Shown here one piece after another: positions 44,001 through 56,000 of a stretch of 64,000 nt of DNA. Under the pieces are notes generated by a model. It was not told where the DNA came from. It did not search any database and saw nothing but the letters and a program-made list of their open reading frames with translations. Each line of letters opens with the position of its first letter. The first letter of the stretch is position 1. This DNA is from an uncultured Verrucomicrobiae bacterium (GTDB lineage Bacteria > Verrucomicrobiota > Verrucomicrobiia > Chthoniobacterales > JAFAMB01), in the NCBI GenBank assembly GCA_963804425.1, contig CAWDQF010000009.1, positions 92,666 through 156,665 of the forward strand, written 5' to 3'. The position numbers and the translations under genes were made by a program.

Positions 44001-47000
44001 GCGACAGCATTCCGAGCGCACAGGCGTTGACAAACTTGGACGGATCTAGATGCAGATTCACTCCACCCGCTAAGGCAATTGCGCATTCTCCATTTCTCAG
44101 ACTCTCACAAGCGAGGTGGATCGCCGATAACGACGCCGAGCACGCCGTATCAACCGGCAGGCTCGGCCCCCGGAAATTGAAATAGTAGGAAATACGGTTG
44201 GCGAGAGACCACCCGCCTGAATGATCAACGCGAGTTGGAATCTCTCGATTTCGCAACACTCCCAATAATTGGTAGGAGTTGTGCGTAATCCCAGCGAAGA
44301 CTCCGACATTTTCTCTCTGCTCCGCGCGCAACCAGCCGAACAGTTCGCTTCGCGCGTATCCAGCGTCTTCGAGGGCGTGCCAAGCCGTCTGCAGAAAAAG
44401 TCGCTCTTGGGGGTCCATGATTTCGGCCTCAGCCGGCGAAATGTTAAAGAACGACGCATCGAACTCGTCCACGCCCTCCAGAAACCCACCCCATTTGCAG
44501 TAAAGTTTTCCCCGGCCCGCCATCGCCGGGTCCGGATCGTAAAGCTCAACTGAACCCCATCGACCAGGCGGAATTTCCGAGATGCAGTTCCGGCCGTTCT
44601 TCAGGTTCGACCAGAACCCGAGCAGATCAGTTGATTGCGGAAATTGCCCTGCTACGCCGACAATCGCGACATCACGATTTGCTCTTGGTGCCCCGACCTC
44701 AGATGTAGTTCCCGATTGCCTACAGGTTTTCGTCAGTGAGGGCTCGTTTGCAACGGGCGAATCTCCTTTGGTAAACGATTCCAGCCGATCACCGAGCAGC
44801 TCTTGTAGCTCAGATCGATGAGCCGACAACAGGTGCTGACCGACGGCTGCGGCATTAGGGTATTCGAAGAGCAAGGTCTTCGAGACCGCCGGCAGGTCTT
44901 TTTCGATCCGCCGATTGAAGTTCGTGATCAGGATCGAATCGAGGCCGTACTCCACTAAAGGTCTCTGCACGTCAAAACGCTCGGCGGGAATCTTGAGCAG
45001 GCCGCCAAGCAGTGTTGTGACGTAAAGTTCTGTTCTGGCTGCGAGTTGTTCGTCGCTAACCGCAACCGCCGCCGGTGTCTTGGGAGCAACCCTGCCTCCA
45101 TAAAGCTTTGCAGATCGTTGCAAAAGCCGCTCGCGATCACCGAGCCCGATCAGAGCGGAACACTCGTGAACCAGAGCGGAGCGCTCAAGCAGATCGGTTC
45201 CCTGTTCCGCTGTAAGCGGAGTAAGTCCGGTCAAACGAACTGTTTCACTGGCCCGAACCGCCAACTCTTCGGTCGATAATCCCTGGACAATTCCGGCTAC
45301 TCGCCACATTTGCCAGTTGAGCGTCATGGCTCGTCCGCGGCGAAACCCTGCGGCGCGCAGTTGCTCGCGGCGGACTGCGAACTCATCGAGGAATCGATTG
45401 GCGAAGGCGTAATCTGATTGGCCCGGCTCGGGGAAAAGCGAAGCAACGGACGAATAAAGCAAAAAAAAGTCGAGCGGCTCACTCGCCAAGGCCTCGTCCA
45501 GATAAATAGTGCCCTGGACCTTGGCCGCGACAGTCTGGTGCAATTCCTCGCGATTCTTGTTTAGCAGAAAATTGTTCCGCAGAATTCCGGCTGCGTGAAT
45601 GACTCCGTGGATCAACCCGAAATGTTCTTTGGCCCGGCGAACGAGCTCGATGACGTCCGCACGCGAAGCCAGGTCGCCTTGAAGGTAGAGTACTTCTCCA
45701 CCCAATTGCCGCAGTTGTTCGGCGGCCGCGAGCTGAGTCGCATCAAGTTTCGAGCGTCCGATCCAGGCTAGACGGGCTTGGTACCGGCGAACCAAGTGCT
45801 CGGAGACAATCAGTCCGAGACTTCCCGCACCCCCAGTAAGCAAGTAGCTTCCGCCCGTCCTGAACCAGCCATCGTCCTGCTCCGTCTCAGCAATTTCGCC
45901 AACGGTTTTTGTCTCGCGCTGGTTGTTCCGATACCGGACTTCAGATCCCTCAGCACCGGAACACAATTCCTCGTAAATGATCGCGTCGGGATTATCCGTT
46001 ATCACCGACCTGGCTAGGATCTTTGGGTTCTCCTGAGTAACCGTCTCCAGGAACGCCGCGATTGCCCGAATCTCTGGAGGTGCGTCGGAAGCATGAACAA
46101 ACAGAAAGCGAATTTCTCTTGTCAACCGAGATCGAACCAAGTTCCGGCAGAGAGCGTGGACGAGGTCGATCCCCGCAGTAAGCTGATCTCGCGCCTGGAT
46201 CGAACGCCAGGACAACACGATAGCGACCGGCGCTAACTGAACGAATAGTTGCGAGTAATCCGAGTCAGAAGAGAGAGGCGCGGTCGCAATGTTATTCGTA
46301 ACTAAAATTTCAGGGCCGTTTCTTAGCTGGACGACCCTCAAGTTGCAACCGTCTTCGGTAAGCCTTTGCAGAATCGCTTCATCGTCGCCGACCAGGCAGA
46401 CCGTCCCAGACACATTTTCTGGCATCGGGGCATTGGTTGCCATCGTCTGCCACACCGGAGCCAGCCGAAGAGGTTCTGGGTGGCTTGAACTTGGGTTGGC
46501 CGCGACAATTTCCGAGTCAGTTACAGAAACCAGGCTTTGGTGCCAGCCAGTCGTCGGAGGGTCGACCCAATAGCGTTCGAGGCTGAATGGGTATACTGGC
46601 AGTGAAATCCGCCGGCAAGATTCTCCGGCGCACAGATTTTTCCACTCGATCTCCTGTCCTTTAAGATAGAGCCCGGCCAGGACTCGCAATTTTTCCCGAC
46701 ATTCACTCGGATGAACGGATCGGGATGTTAGTTCCGCTAACATCGATCGTTGAAGCTGCCGGTAGATTGCCGAATCACCCGGGGTGAGCTGCTCAGCGGT
46801 CCCGAAGAGTGCGTTTTCTTCCGGCCGGCCGGCCAATACTGCGGCCAGTATTTCTCGTAGTTCGGTGCTGGTGCGAGCCACCAGAACTAACCGCTTTTCG
46901 AAATGGCTACGGCCGAACCCAAGCGTGTAACTGATGTCTCGGGCTGCTTCATCTGCATTCTCCGGCTTTTCCAGCCAGGTTGCGAGATCGGCGATGCGCT

Positions 47001-50000
47001 GTCGCAACGACGCTTCGGTCCGACCCGACAAAGCAAAAAGATAAGCCGGTTTTGCCATTGACTCGCGATCCGGCAGCGGCGGAGCCTCCTCCAGAACCAG
47101 ATGTGCGTTAGTACCACTAAAGCCAAAGGAACTAATGGCTGCTCGCCGCGGCTGAGTACGAAGAGCCGGCCAATTAGTCAACTCCCGGTTCACGTAGAAT
47201 GGGCTGTTGGCGAAATCTATCTGTGGGTTCGTATTTGCAGCGTGGAGGGAGGGAGGGAGTTGCCGATATCTGAACGCCAGAAGCACTTTCACGACGCTAG
47301 TAACCGCCGATGCCATGAGAGTGTGACCGATGTTTGTTTTGACCGATCCGATGGCGCAGAATCCGGTCTTATCAGTGTAATGCCGAAAAGCATCCGTCAG
47401 CGCGCCAACCTCGATCGGATCACCGATCTTCGTACCGGTTCCATGGCACTCCACATAACTGATCGTTTCAGGTTGAATGCGAAAGCGATCGTAAGCTTCG
47501 ATCTCGAGAGCGGTTTGCGCTGGTCCGTTTGGCGCGGTGATCCCACTTGTTTTTCCATCTTGATTAATAGCTGAAGCTCGGATCACTCCATGGACGTGGT
47601 CTCCGTCTCGCAAAGCATCGGCGAAACGTTTCAATACGAGCACAGCTACCGCTTCGCCCGGAACAAAACCGTCCGCTCCCTCACCAAATGTCTGGCATTT
47701 CCCGGTTGGCGAGAGCATCTCGGTCTGGCTAGCTAGAACGTGGAACCGAGGCGTGCTCATCAGTGACACTCCGCCGGCGAGAACCATGTTGCTGGTGCGT
47801 TGGCGTAAGCTTTCGCAGGCCAGATGAATCGCCACTCCCGAAGACGAGCAAGCCGTGTCAATCGAGAGGCTGGGCCCTTTCAGGTTCAACCAATAAGCAA
47901 TCCGTGAGGCGAGAATAGCCGGCGCTATGCCCATGAACGAATAAGCTTCCCCGTCCCGACCTGCGGCCCGTAGGACGTGCTCGTAATCACCGCCGCTGCA
48001 GCCCACAAAGACTCCACATTTCGAGCCGTTCAGCTCGCGGTTGCTGTAACCGGCATCTTCCAACGCCTTCCAGCTTTCCATTAGAAAGAGCCGGTGTTGC
48101 GGCTCCATCAGCTCCGCTTCATGCGGCGAGATATTGAAGAATAGAGGATCAAAGCGATCGATCTCGGAAAGGAATCCTCCCCATTTCGAATAACTGCGTC
48201 CGGGCACGCCGCGTTGCTCCGTATAAAATTCTGCGAGGGGCCAACGAGTTACCGGCACCTCAGTGACCGAATCCGTTCCAGCCGCAAGGTTAAGCCAAAA
48301 TTCTTCGACGTTTGCCGCTTCCGGAAAAGAGCCGGACATTCCGATGATGGCGATGGGAGCACCGACGAGATCAGGCTCGATGCCGCGATCCCCCGTAAAA
48401 TGTTCTGACGAACGAGGCCGGTTCACCGTCAAGAGGGATGGGACAACGAGTCCTTGGAGCTCCGCCTCGACTCGATTCGCGTCAGTCACGATCCGCTGAG
48501 AAACGGCTGGCACCGCCTGCAGGTGCGTTCGTACGATCGGTCCGTAAGTCGAGACGATGCGGTCACTCAGGATTTGCACAGTGGCATAGTTGAACAGATC
48601 GACTGGACGGAGCTGCGTACCAAGGGACTGATTTAATGCGTCGACCACTTCTACCCCGACGATCGAGTCTACTCCGAGACGATCGAAGGTGGCTTCGACC
48701 GAGAGATCAGCATCCGCCAGGCGCAACACCTTTTTTACTACCGCACCAACGTGTTCTTCGACCCGTTCCCGCAAACTTTCGACATCGTTGCCGACATCCC
48801 CGAGAGACTCCCCATGACTTGAACTACCGTGTCCGCATTCGTCTTCAGTCGATCGTTGTGATGTGGATTCCCCAACCCGTGTCACTTCCGTCTCCGGTCG
48901 GGTTTGCGTGATGGATTCGAAGAAAACGCCATCGCTTTCGGCAACTAGAAGCGACTGAAACTCGCCAGTGAGCGACGCCGGTAATACATCGCTGGTCAGC
49001 ACCGACCGATAGCCTTCTTCGGCAAAGACACGCAGCCATTGTTCGCGACTCAAGACGGGCGCGTTTGGCTGGCGTCGATGACCGTCCGTGAAATGCCACC
49101 AGCCATCTAACAGGCCGTAGGTCAAGGTGTTGAATACCGTCACCCGTGTGACCTCTAACATCACCAGCAGTCCGTTGGCTGTCAGCAGGCCCTTAAGCAA
49201 ATTGAGCCCATCATGAAGATCGCGTGCGACATGAATCGCGTTGGCAGCCAGTACAATATCGGCGCTCCCGGGTTCCAACACCTGTTCCCGAAGACCGCGC
49301 TCAAGATCGATCACAGCGAATCGCATGAACGGATAACGGTCTCCGAATTGTCTTTGGAAATGAACCTTGAATCCGCTGGATACGTCGGAGAAGACGTAAT
49401 CGATTTTATCTGCATAGCTCTCCAGTGCAGCAGCGACAAACCCAGTCGTGCCACCGGTCCCAGCTCCAACCTCAACAATGCGGATTTTTTCTGCCGGCTT
49501 TTCGGCAATCCGCAGGGCGACAGCCCGTTTGATAGCCAAAGCGGCCAGCTTATTAAAATAATCCGTCAGCGCGGTTCCTTGGTAGACCTTCTCGACGAAC
49601 CTCAGCGACCCGCCCGGAAACATTACTTCCGTAGCAGCCCGCGCACCTCGCAAAACTTCTGGGAGAGCCGCCACACAAATCGCAATAAGTTCAGCATGAG
49701 CGCTGAACTCCGGGTATTTCTCTACAAAGTTCGATTTGAATCCGTCGAACGATTCCTTCGACTCTGACGCACTCGATTGCTCAAACTGCGAGGCGATTTG
49801 CCAGTTTCCTTCGTGTAGTACGAGGAATCCCGATGCCCGCAAAACATCGAGCAGCGACAGAAGCAATCGCGACTGTCGTGGAATCACGTTCAGTTTGGTT
49901 TGAAGACTTGGCAGATCCCGGCATTCGCCAGAACTCAGCGGTGAGCAGCCGGAAAAAAAACTGGCCAGAGCCACGCGTCCCAATTGTTCGAGCTCAGCCA

Positions 50001-53000
50001 ATCCGTCCCGTTCGCGTTGCGCAGCTCCGGCGGCCGGCTGCAACTGCCGCGCTTCAGAGCCGGAGAGTGCCGCCCGCAATTCTTCGGACAGCGACTTCCG
50101 CCTCGCTTTTTGAAAGTGTTTCTTTCGATCGTGCTCGATTCGAAACTCATCAAGCAACGCGGAAGAAGCCTTGAGAACTGTCAACTCGCGCACTTCCTGA
50201 GCAAGCACTCGCTCGATCGCGGCCATTCCCTCCGACACTTCGATCGAACCCATTCCTTTCGCGGCCATCACGGAGCGATAGCGATCGCTGGCCACGACAC
50301 CGACGCTGCCCCAGTAGCCCCAATTCAAAACATGGACTGGTAGCGCAGTGGTTTGCTCGATCCAACGAGCGTAGCAATCCGCGAAGACGCTTCCGGCCGC
50401 ATAATTGCTTTGGCCTCCATTGTTGAAAAAAGATTGGATCGAAGAAAGAACCAGCAGCCATTCGGCTCCGGCGGACTTCACTGCCGCAGCGAGTACCACC
50501 ATCCCAGCAGTCTTCGGTGCAAGAGCCGCCAGGAAATCGTCCTCTTGCATCCGCTTTACCAGCCGATCGCGCAAGACCAGAGCGGAGTGCACAACGCCAT
50601 GAATTGCGCCCCAGCGCTCCCGGACAGTTGCAAAAGCTGATTCTACCTCGAGTTGGTTCGCGAGATCGGCTTTGAGATAAATCGCCTCTCCACCTAGCCT
50701 GTTGACCGCATCCAAGCCGCGTTGAATTTCCGGCGCTAAAGTTCGCCGCCCGATCCAGGCAATACGCGCAGCATATCGTCGTGACAACCACTCGCTCAAA
50801 GCCATCCCAATACCGCCAGCCCCTCCAGCAATGATGTACACACCGTCTCGACGAAACTTAGTGTCTGCAGTCGGAGCTACCGTTGCTGGGCAGAGCATGA
50901 GCTCATACCGATTACCCGAACGCCACGCTATTTTCTCCGCGCGCCGATGAGCTGTTTCGGCAAGGATAGCGTGCACTGTGGATTCGACGTTTTCGGGCGT
51001 GACCTCGCCCACATCGAGACAGCTGCATGCCACCTCGGGATATTCCCGGCCAAGCGAACCCATCAATCCGACGATCGCCGAAGAATAGGGCTCTCCCGCT
51101 GCACCCCCCACCGGCCAAATCTGTCGAGCAACGGCCTTCAACTCCAGGGGCGGTTTCCAGCAAAGAGAACGCTGCAAGGCTTTGATGAGCCGGAACAAAG
51201 AGACTACGCCTTGTGCCTGGCCGCGTTCAGTTCTCTCAAGCTCGCTCTGACCCACTACAGGTCCGGCGATAAAATAGATCAACTCCGGCAGAGGTAACTT
51301 GATCAACAACTCGTTCCAAGCTTCCGGGTCCTGCACATCAATGCGCCAACTCTTTTCGCGACCATCAGAGGAACTCCAGCCCAATCGGATCTCCACCGCT
51401 TCCGGGTGCTTGAGCTGCAATGCCCTTTCCAGTAGGCCCGAACTAGGGGATATCAGCCAAACGCTATGTGTGGCCTTGCTGACCGAATGCGTCGAAGGGG
51501 CGAGATTTTTCTCAACCCAATGTGCCGAGAAGCAGAGGCCCAAAAGAAGGTCCTTCACGGGGCGCGCAACGTAGCCGCGTAAGCGCGCGCACACCTGCCC
51601 AAGTGCGTCAGCTAACAGGATCGTCGCTCCCTGCTCAAAATCGCCGCGCGCATACACGGTAACGCGAGCCGGCAAAGGCGCTACCAAGTCAAGCCTCTCG
51701 AGAGCGAACGGCAAGCGTAGCTGCGGCGCTGCGTCGCGTTCGCCAAACAACAAGCAGGCTGCGACCTGCAAAGCACCATCCACAAGTGCCGGATGTAATT
51801 TACAACCGCAAAGCTCTTCCGGATCGTCGATCGCCAGTTCTCCCAGAACTTCGTTCTCGCCAACCCAGATTCGTTCAACCGTTTGGTACCAGGAACCGTA
51901 GTTCACACCGCCTTGAGCAAACCGCGGGTAAATGGATTTCTTGGCGAACTCGCTCTCGCAACGTTTGCGAATACCGCTCAGATCCAAGGATTCCCGCTCG
52001 GTAACCATCCCCGGCGAGTGAAGTTCACCTTGAGCATGAACAAGCGATTCTTCGCCTTCGCCCGTTTCAAGCCGAAATCGCAGATAATCGTTCTCGCGAC
52101 GAAGCCGGAGGTAAACATCGATCGGCTCCAAACATCCCTCCAATGGCCTTAACCAAACAATGGAACGAAACTGAATCTCGTTCCTCCCTAGCGCCGCGGC
52201 GGCCTCTCGGGCCATCTCTAAACAAACCACGCCAGGCAATACCGGCCTATCACCCACCAAATGCTCAGCCAACACCCGGTCCGGTGGCTCGAATCGTTTG
52301 GTAAAGGTGTCTTCGGCTTCCGAACTTGATTCGAGCCGGTCGAGGAAAGGTCCCAATTGTTCCAGAGAACCTGCTCCGGCCTTTTTCGGCGTGAACCAGA
52401 ACCTCCTCTTCTCGAACGGGTAGGTGGGCAACGGGATTCGATACCTATCTCCCTCCGAGTAGAGTTCCTGCCAATCGATTTCGGCTCCACCTATAAAGAG
52501 CCGCGCTCTTCGGCGGAGTGCATCCAGGTATCTCGTCGCGTCATCGCTCAACTGACTCAATTGGTCCTCCGGAGCGTTGAGAGCAAGAAGCGGAGCGCTA
52601 TCGACAGAGTGCCGGGTAAGATACCCGGGCGGAAGTTGACCGACGAGCACCTGACCGAGCAGGTCTTTGAATTCAATCAGAGAGTTGACAATGAACGCAC
52701 AACGGCGCTCGAAATGAGTGCGACCGATATTCAACGTGAAACTAACCTGCCCAAGTGAAGCGTCGGCTGCGTCTACGCTCTCGAGCCAATTAGCTAGCCC
52801 TACCATACGCGCTCGCAGGCTGTCTTCTGTCCGAGCTGTTAGAGCGATGAGATAGCCTGGTTTCCCGCCATCGACAGATGTCTCAACCGGCGGCGCATCC
52901 TCAATGACGAGATGCGCGTTGGTCCCGCTAAAGGCAAAGGAGCTTACCGCAGCTCGCCTTGGACGTTTTCGATCCCAGCGCCGCACAGTCCGATTGGGAA

Positions 53001-56000
53001 CGAAGGGACTGTCATCGAAGTCGATGTGTTCATTCAGGTTTTCGCAGTGCAAGGTCGGAGGTAGTTCTCCGTGCTTCAACGAAAGCAGGACCTTGATGAC
53101 ACCAGCGATGCCGGCAGCCGAAAGCGCATGCCCAATATTTGATTTAACCGATCCGAGCGCACAAAAGCCGATCTTATCAGTGAATCGGCGGAATGCGTCT
53201 GTTAGTGCCTGAACCTCAATTGGATCGCCGAGCTTTGTTCCGGTTCCATGGCATTCAACGTAATTGATCGTCTCAGGATGGACGCCAAACCTCTCGTAAA
53301 TTTCGGTCTCGAGCGCAGTCTGCGAGGGCGCGCTCGGAGCGGTAATGCCGTTGGTTTTCCCATCTTGATTTATGCCCGAACCGCGAACGACAGCGTGGAT
53401 ATGATCCCGGTCTCGAACCGAGTCGCTCAACCGCTTAAGCACCAGCACGCCCACGCCCTCAGCCGGAACAAAACCATCCGCAGATTGCGAAAAGGTGTGG
53501 CACCTTCCCGTCTTTGATAGCATACCGGACCGGCTTCCCCAGACGTGAAACCGGGGTGTGCAGATCACGGCAACACCGCCGGCAAGCGCGATCTCGCTGC
53601 TTCCGGATCGCAGACTTTCGCATGCCAGATGGATGGCCACCAAGGATGAAGAACAGGCTGTATCAATCGCCAAGTTCGGCCCTTTTAGATTGAGATGGTA
53701 GGCTATCCTTGCTGATAAGATGGCTGACGCGTTCCCGGTAAACGCGTACGATTCACCCCATTCATCGCCTTGCCTGAGATGATGTTCGTAGTCGCTGGGA
53801 CCACAACCGACAAAGACTCCACAGCGGCGGCCGTCAAGATCTCGAATGGAATAAGCGGCGTTTTCCAACGCACGACAACTCTCCGTCAGGAAGAGTCGCT
53901 GTTGCGGATCCATGAATTCTGCCTCGCGGGGCGAAATGTTGAAGAACAAGGGGTCAAAGAACGCCGGATCAGGCAAGAACCCGCCCCATTTGCTGTAACT
54001 GGTTAAGGGGACCTTGCCGTTCGGATCGTAGAACTCCTGCAGTGGCCAACGATCCGGGGGTATCTCGCTAATCGAATCTTTCCCGGCTCGTAAATTCCGC
54101 CAAAATTGGTCCAGATCTTGCGCGCCAGGAAACTGACCGGAATACCCAATGATTGCGATCGGCTCCAGCGCCCCTGCCAGAGTGTCAGCGCATGTTTCCG
54201 TAGATTCTACGGCTGTCGTCCGCGCCTGTGGAGTCGCGGCCGCGGAACCGGAAGACTTGCGACTCGCACCGAGAAAAGTCGGGACCTCCCGGAGGAGCTG
54301 TTGGCGTCCGTCGTCTCCAAGCAGATCGCGGATGTGGTCAGCCAGCTTTGCCGTGCTCGCATAGTTGAACAAGTCGGTTGATCGCAGTTTGATTGGCAGG
54401 CTGTCATTCAGCTTTTCCACGATTTCGACCGAGAGGATGGAATCAACACCGAGACTCTCGAATGTGGCGTCACACTTTAGTTCGTCCGACTCAGTTTGGA
54501 GTACCTGACGAACAACGGTCTTAACCTTTTCCGTCAGAATCTCATCTAGGTCCGGTTGCATCGGCGGCCGGACCTCTGACCCGCCCGGAAATTGGTCGGC
54601 TTCGCCGTTACGCGAGGAGTCCCCAGTACTGAGCGAGGGTGTTGGTTCCGTCGCCACCAGGCCTTTCGCGGGCAAGAGCAACTCCCGCGAGGGATCCAAC
54701 GTGTTGGACCCGGAAACGTCAATAGCTCCATTCTCACCAATGATCACGACCTGGAACAGATGATCGGCATTTGAGGTTCCCGGACCCAAAGCATGAACTT
54801 CGTGAAAGCCCTCTTCGATCAGAGCGCGACGCCATTGATCTGCGGTCAAGAGCGGCGCGTTAGGAATACGTCGTTCCGAATCTTCAAAACTCCACCAGCC
54901 ATCCAGCAGACCGTAGGTAAGTCCGTTGAAAATTCGCGCCTGGGTCCCTTCCAACAACAAAATGAGACCGCTTCGCCTTAGGAGCGCCTTACAGTTCTGC
55001 AGTGAGCGGCGCAGCAGCGGGGTCGTATGCAGGACGTTAGCACCAAAGACGAGATCGAAGCTCTGGGTTTCAAATCCTTGCGTTGCAGGCGGCTTATCTA
55101 TGTCGAGCAGCCCGAATCGCATAAACGGGTGCTTGAAACGCCGCTCACCCTGCTTTTTGAATGCGAGCGATATGTCGGTAAAAAAATACTCGATGTGTGG
55201 CGCAAACTCGCGAAGCAATTCAGCGATAAAACCGGTCGTTGCACCGGAACCTGCGCCAACCTCCAGTATCCGCACGAGGTTCTCTCCTCTGCGCAAGCGC
55301 CCGGCGACAAACTCGCGAACGGCAGTCGCGGACAAGCGGTTGAAGTAATCAGTGAGAATTGTGCCTTGGTAGATCTGCCCAACTAATTCAGTAGATCCTT
55401 TGGGAAACAAAACGTCGGTCGCAGGCAATTCCCCCGAAACGACTGCTGGCAACGCCTGGATACAGTTTCGGAGAAACTCGGCATGAGCCGCAAAGCCGGG
55501 GTATTGCTCCCGGAAATGTTTCCAGGCGACATCCAATCCGGTCAGTCCGTTCTCGAGTTCTTCGTTGTTCCGGCACCTAAAGCCACCGTCCTTCGATGGA
55601 GCCAGCAACTCAGCGTGGACCAGCAAATCTACAATCGAATCGCAGAGCCGGTGGTACTTTCGTAGCGCCATTAGATCGCTTGCCAGGGAACTGCCAGTTG
55701 CTGGTTTCCAAGCCTCTAGGAAAACCCCTTTGTGGCGCAGGACGGAGAGGAGCGTCAAAGCGCCGAGCATTTCCAATCGATCGAAACCGCGGAACTCTAC
55801 CTCGGCCTGCTCCGGTCTAAACCCGAATTCCGCTGGAGGCAGCAACGCGAGCTGCGAAACTACCTGCTTCGCATCCCAACTGAATTTTACCCTTTTAGCA
55901 GAAAGGCGTTCTGGGGTCGGAGACACTCCGGACGGCCGCTGATCCAGCCAGTAGCGCCGACGATCAAATGGATAGACGGGCAAATGCAGCCGTTGCGGTC

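Noticed and set aside
50150-50791. 213-aa minus-strand ORF, and similar same-strand out-of-frame ORFs (for example 30029-30388, 57572-57940) inside the 9780-aa gene.
   Set aside because: They are out of frame with a validated KR/cMT coding frame, and their translations are Arg/Gly/Cys-rich nonsense.
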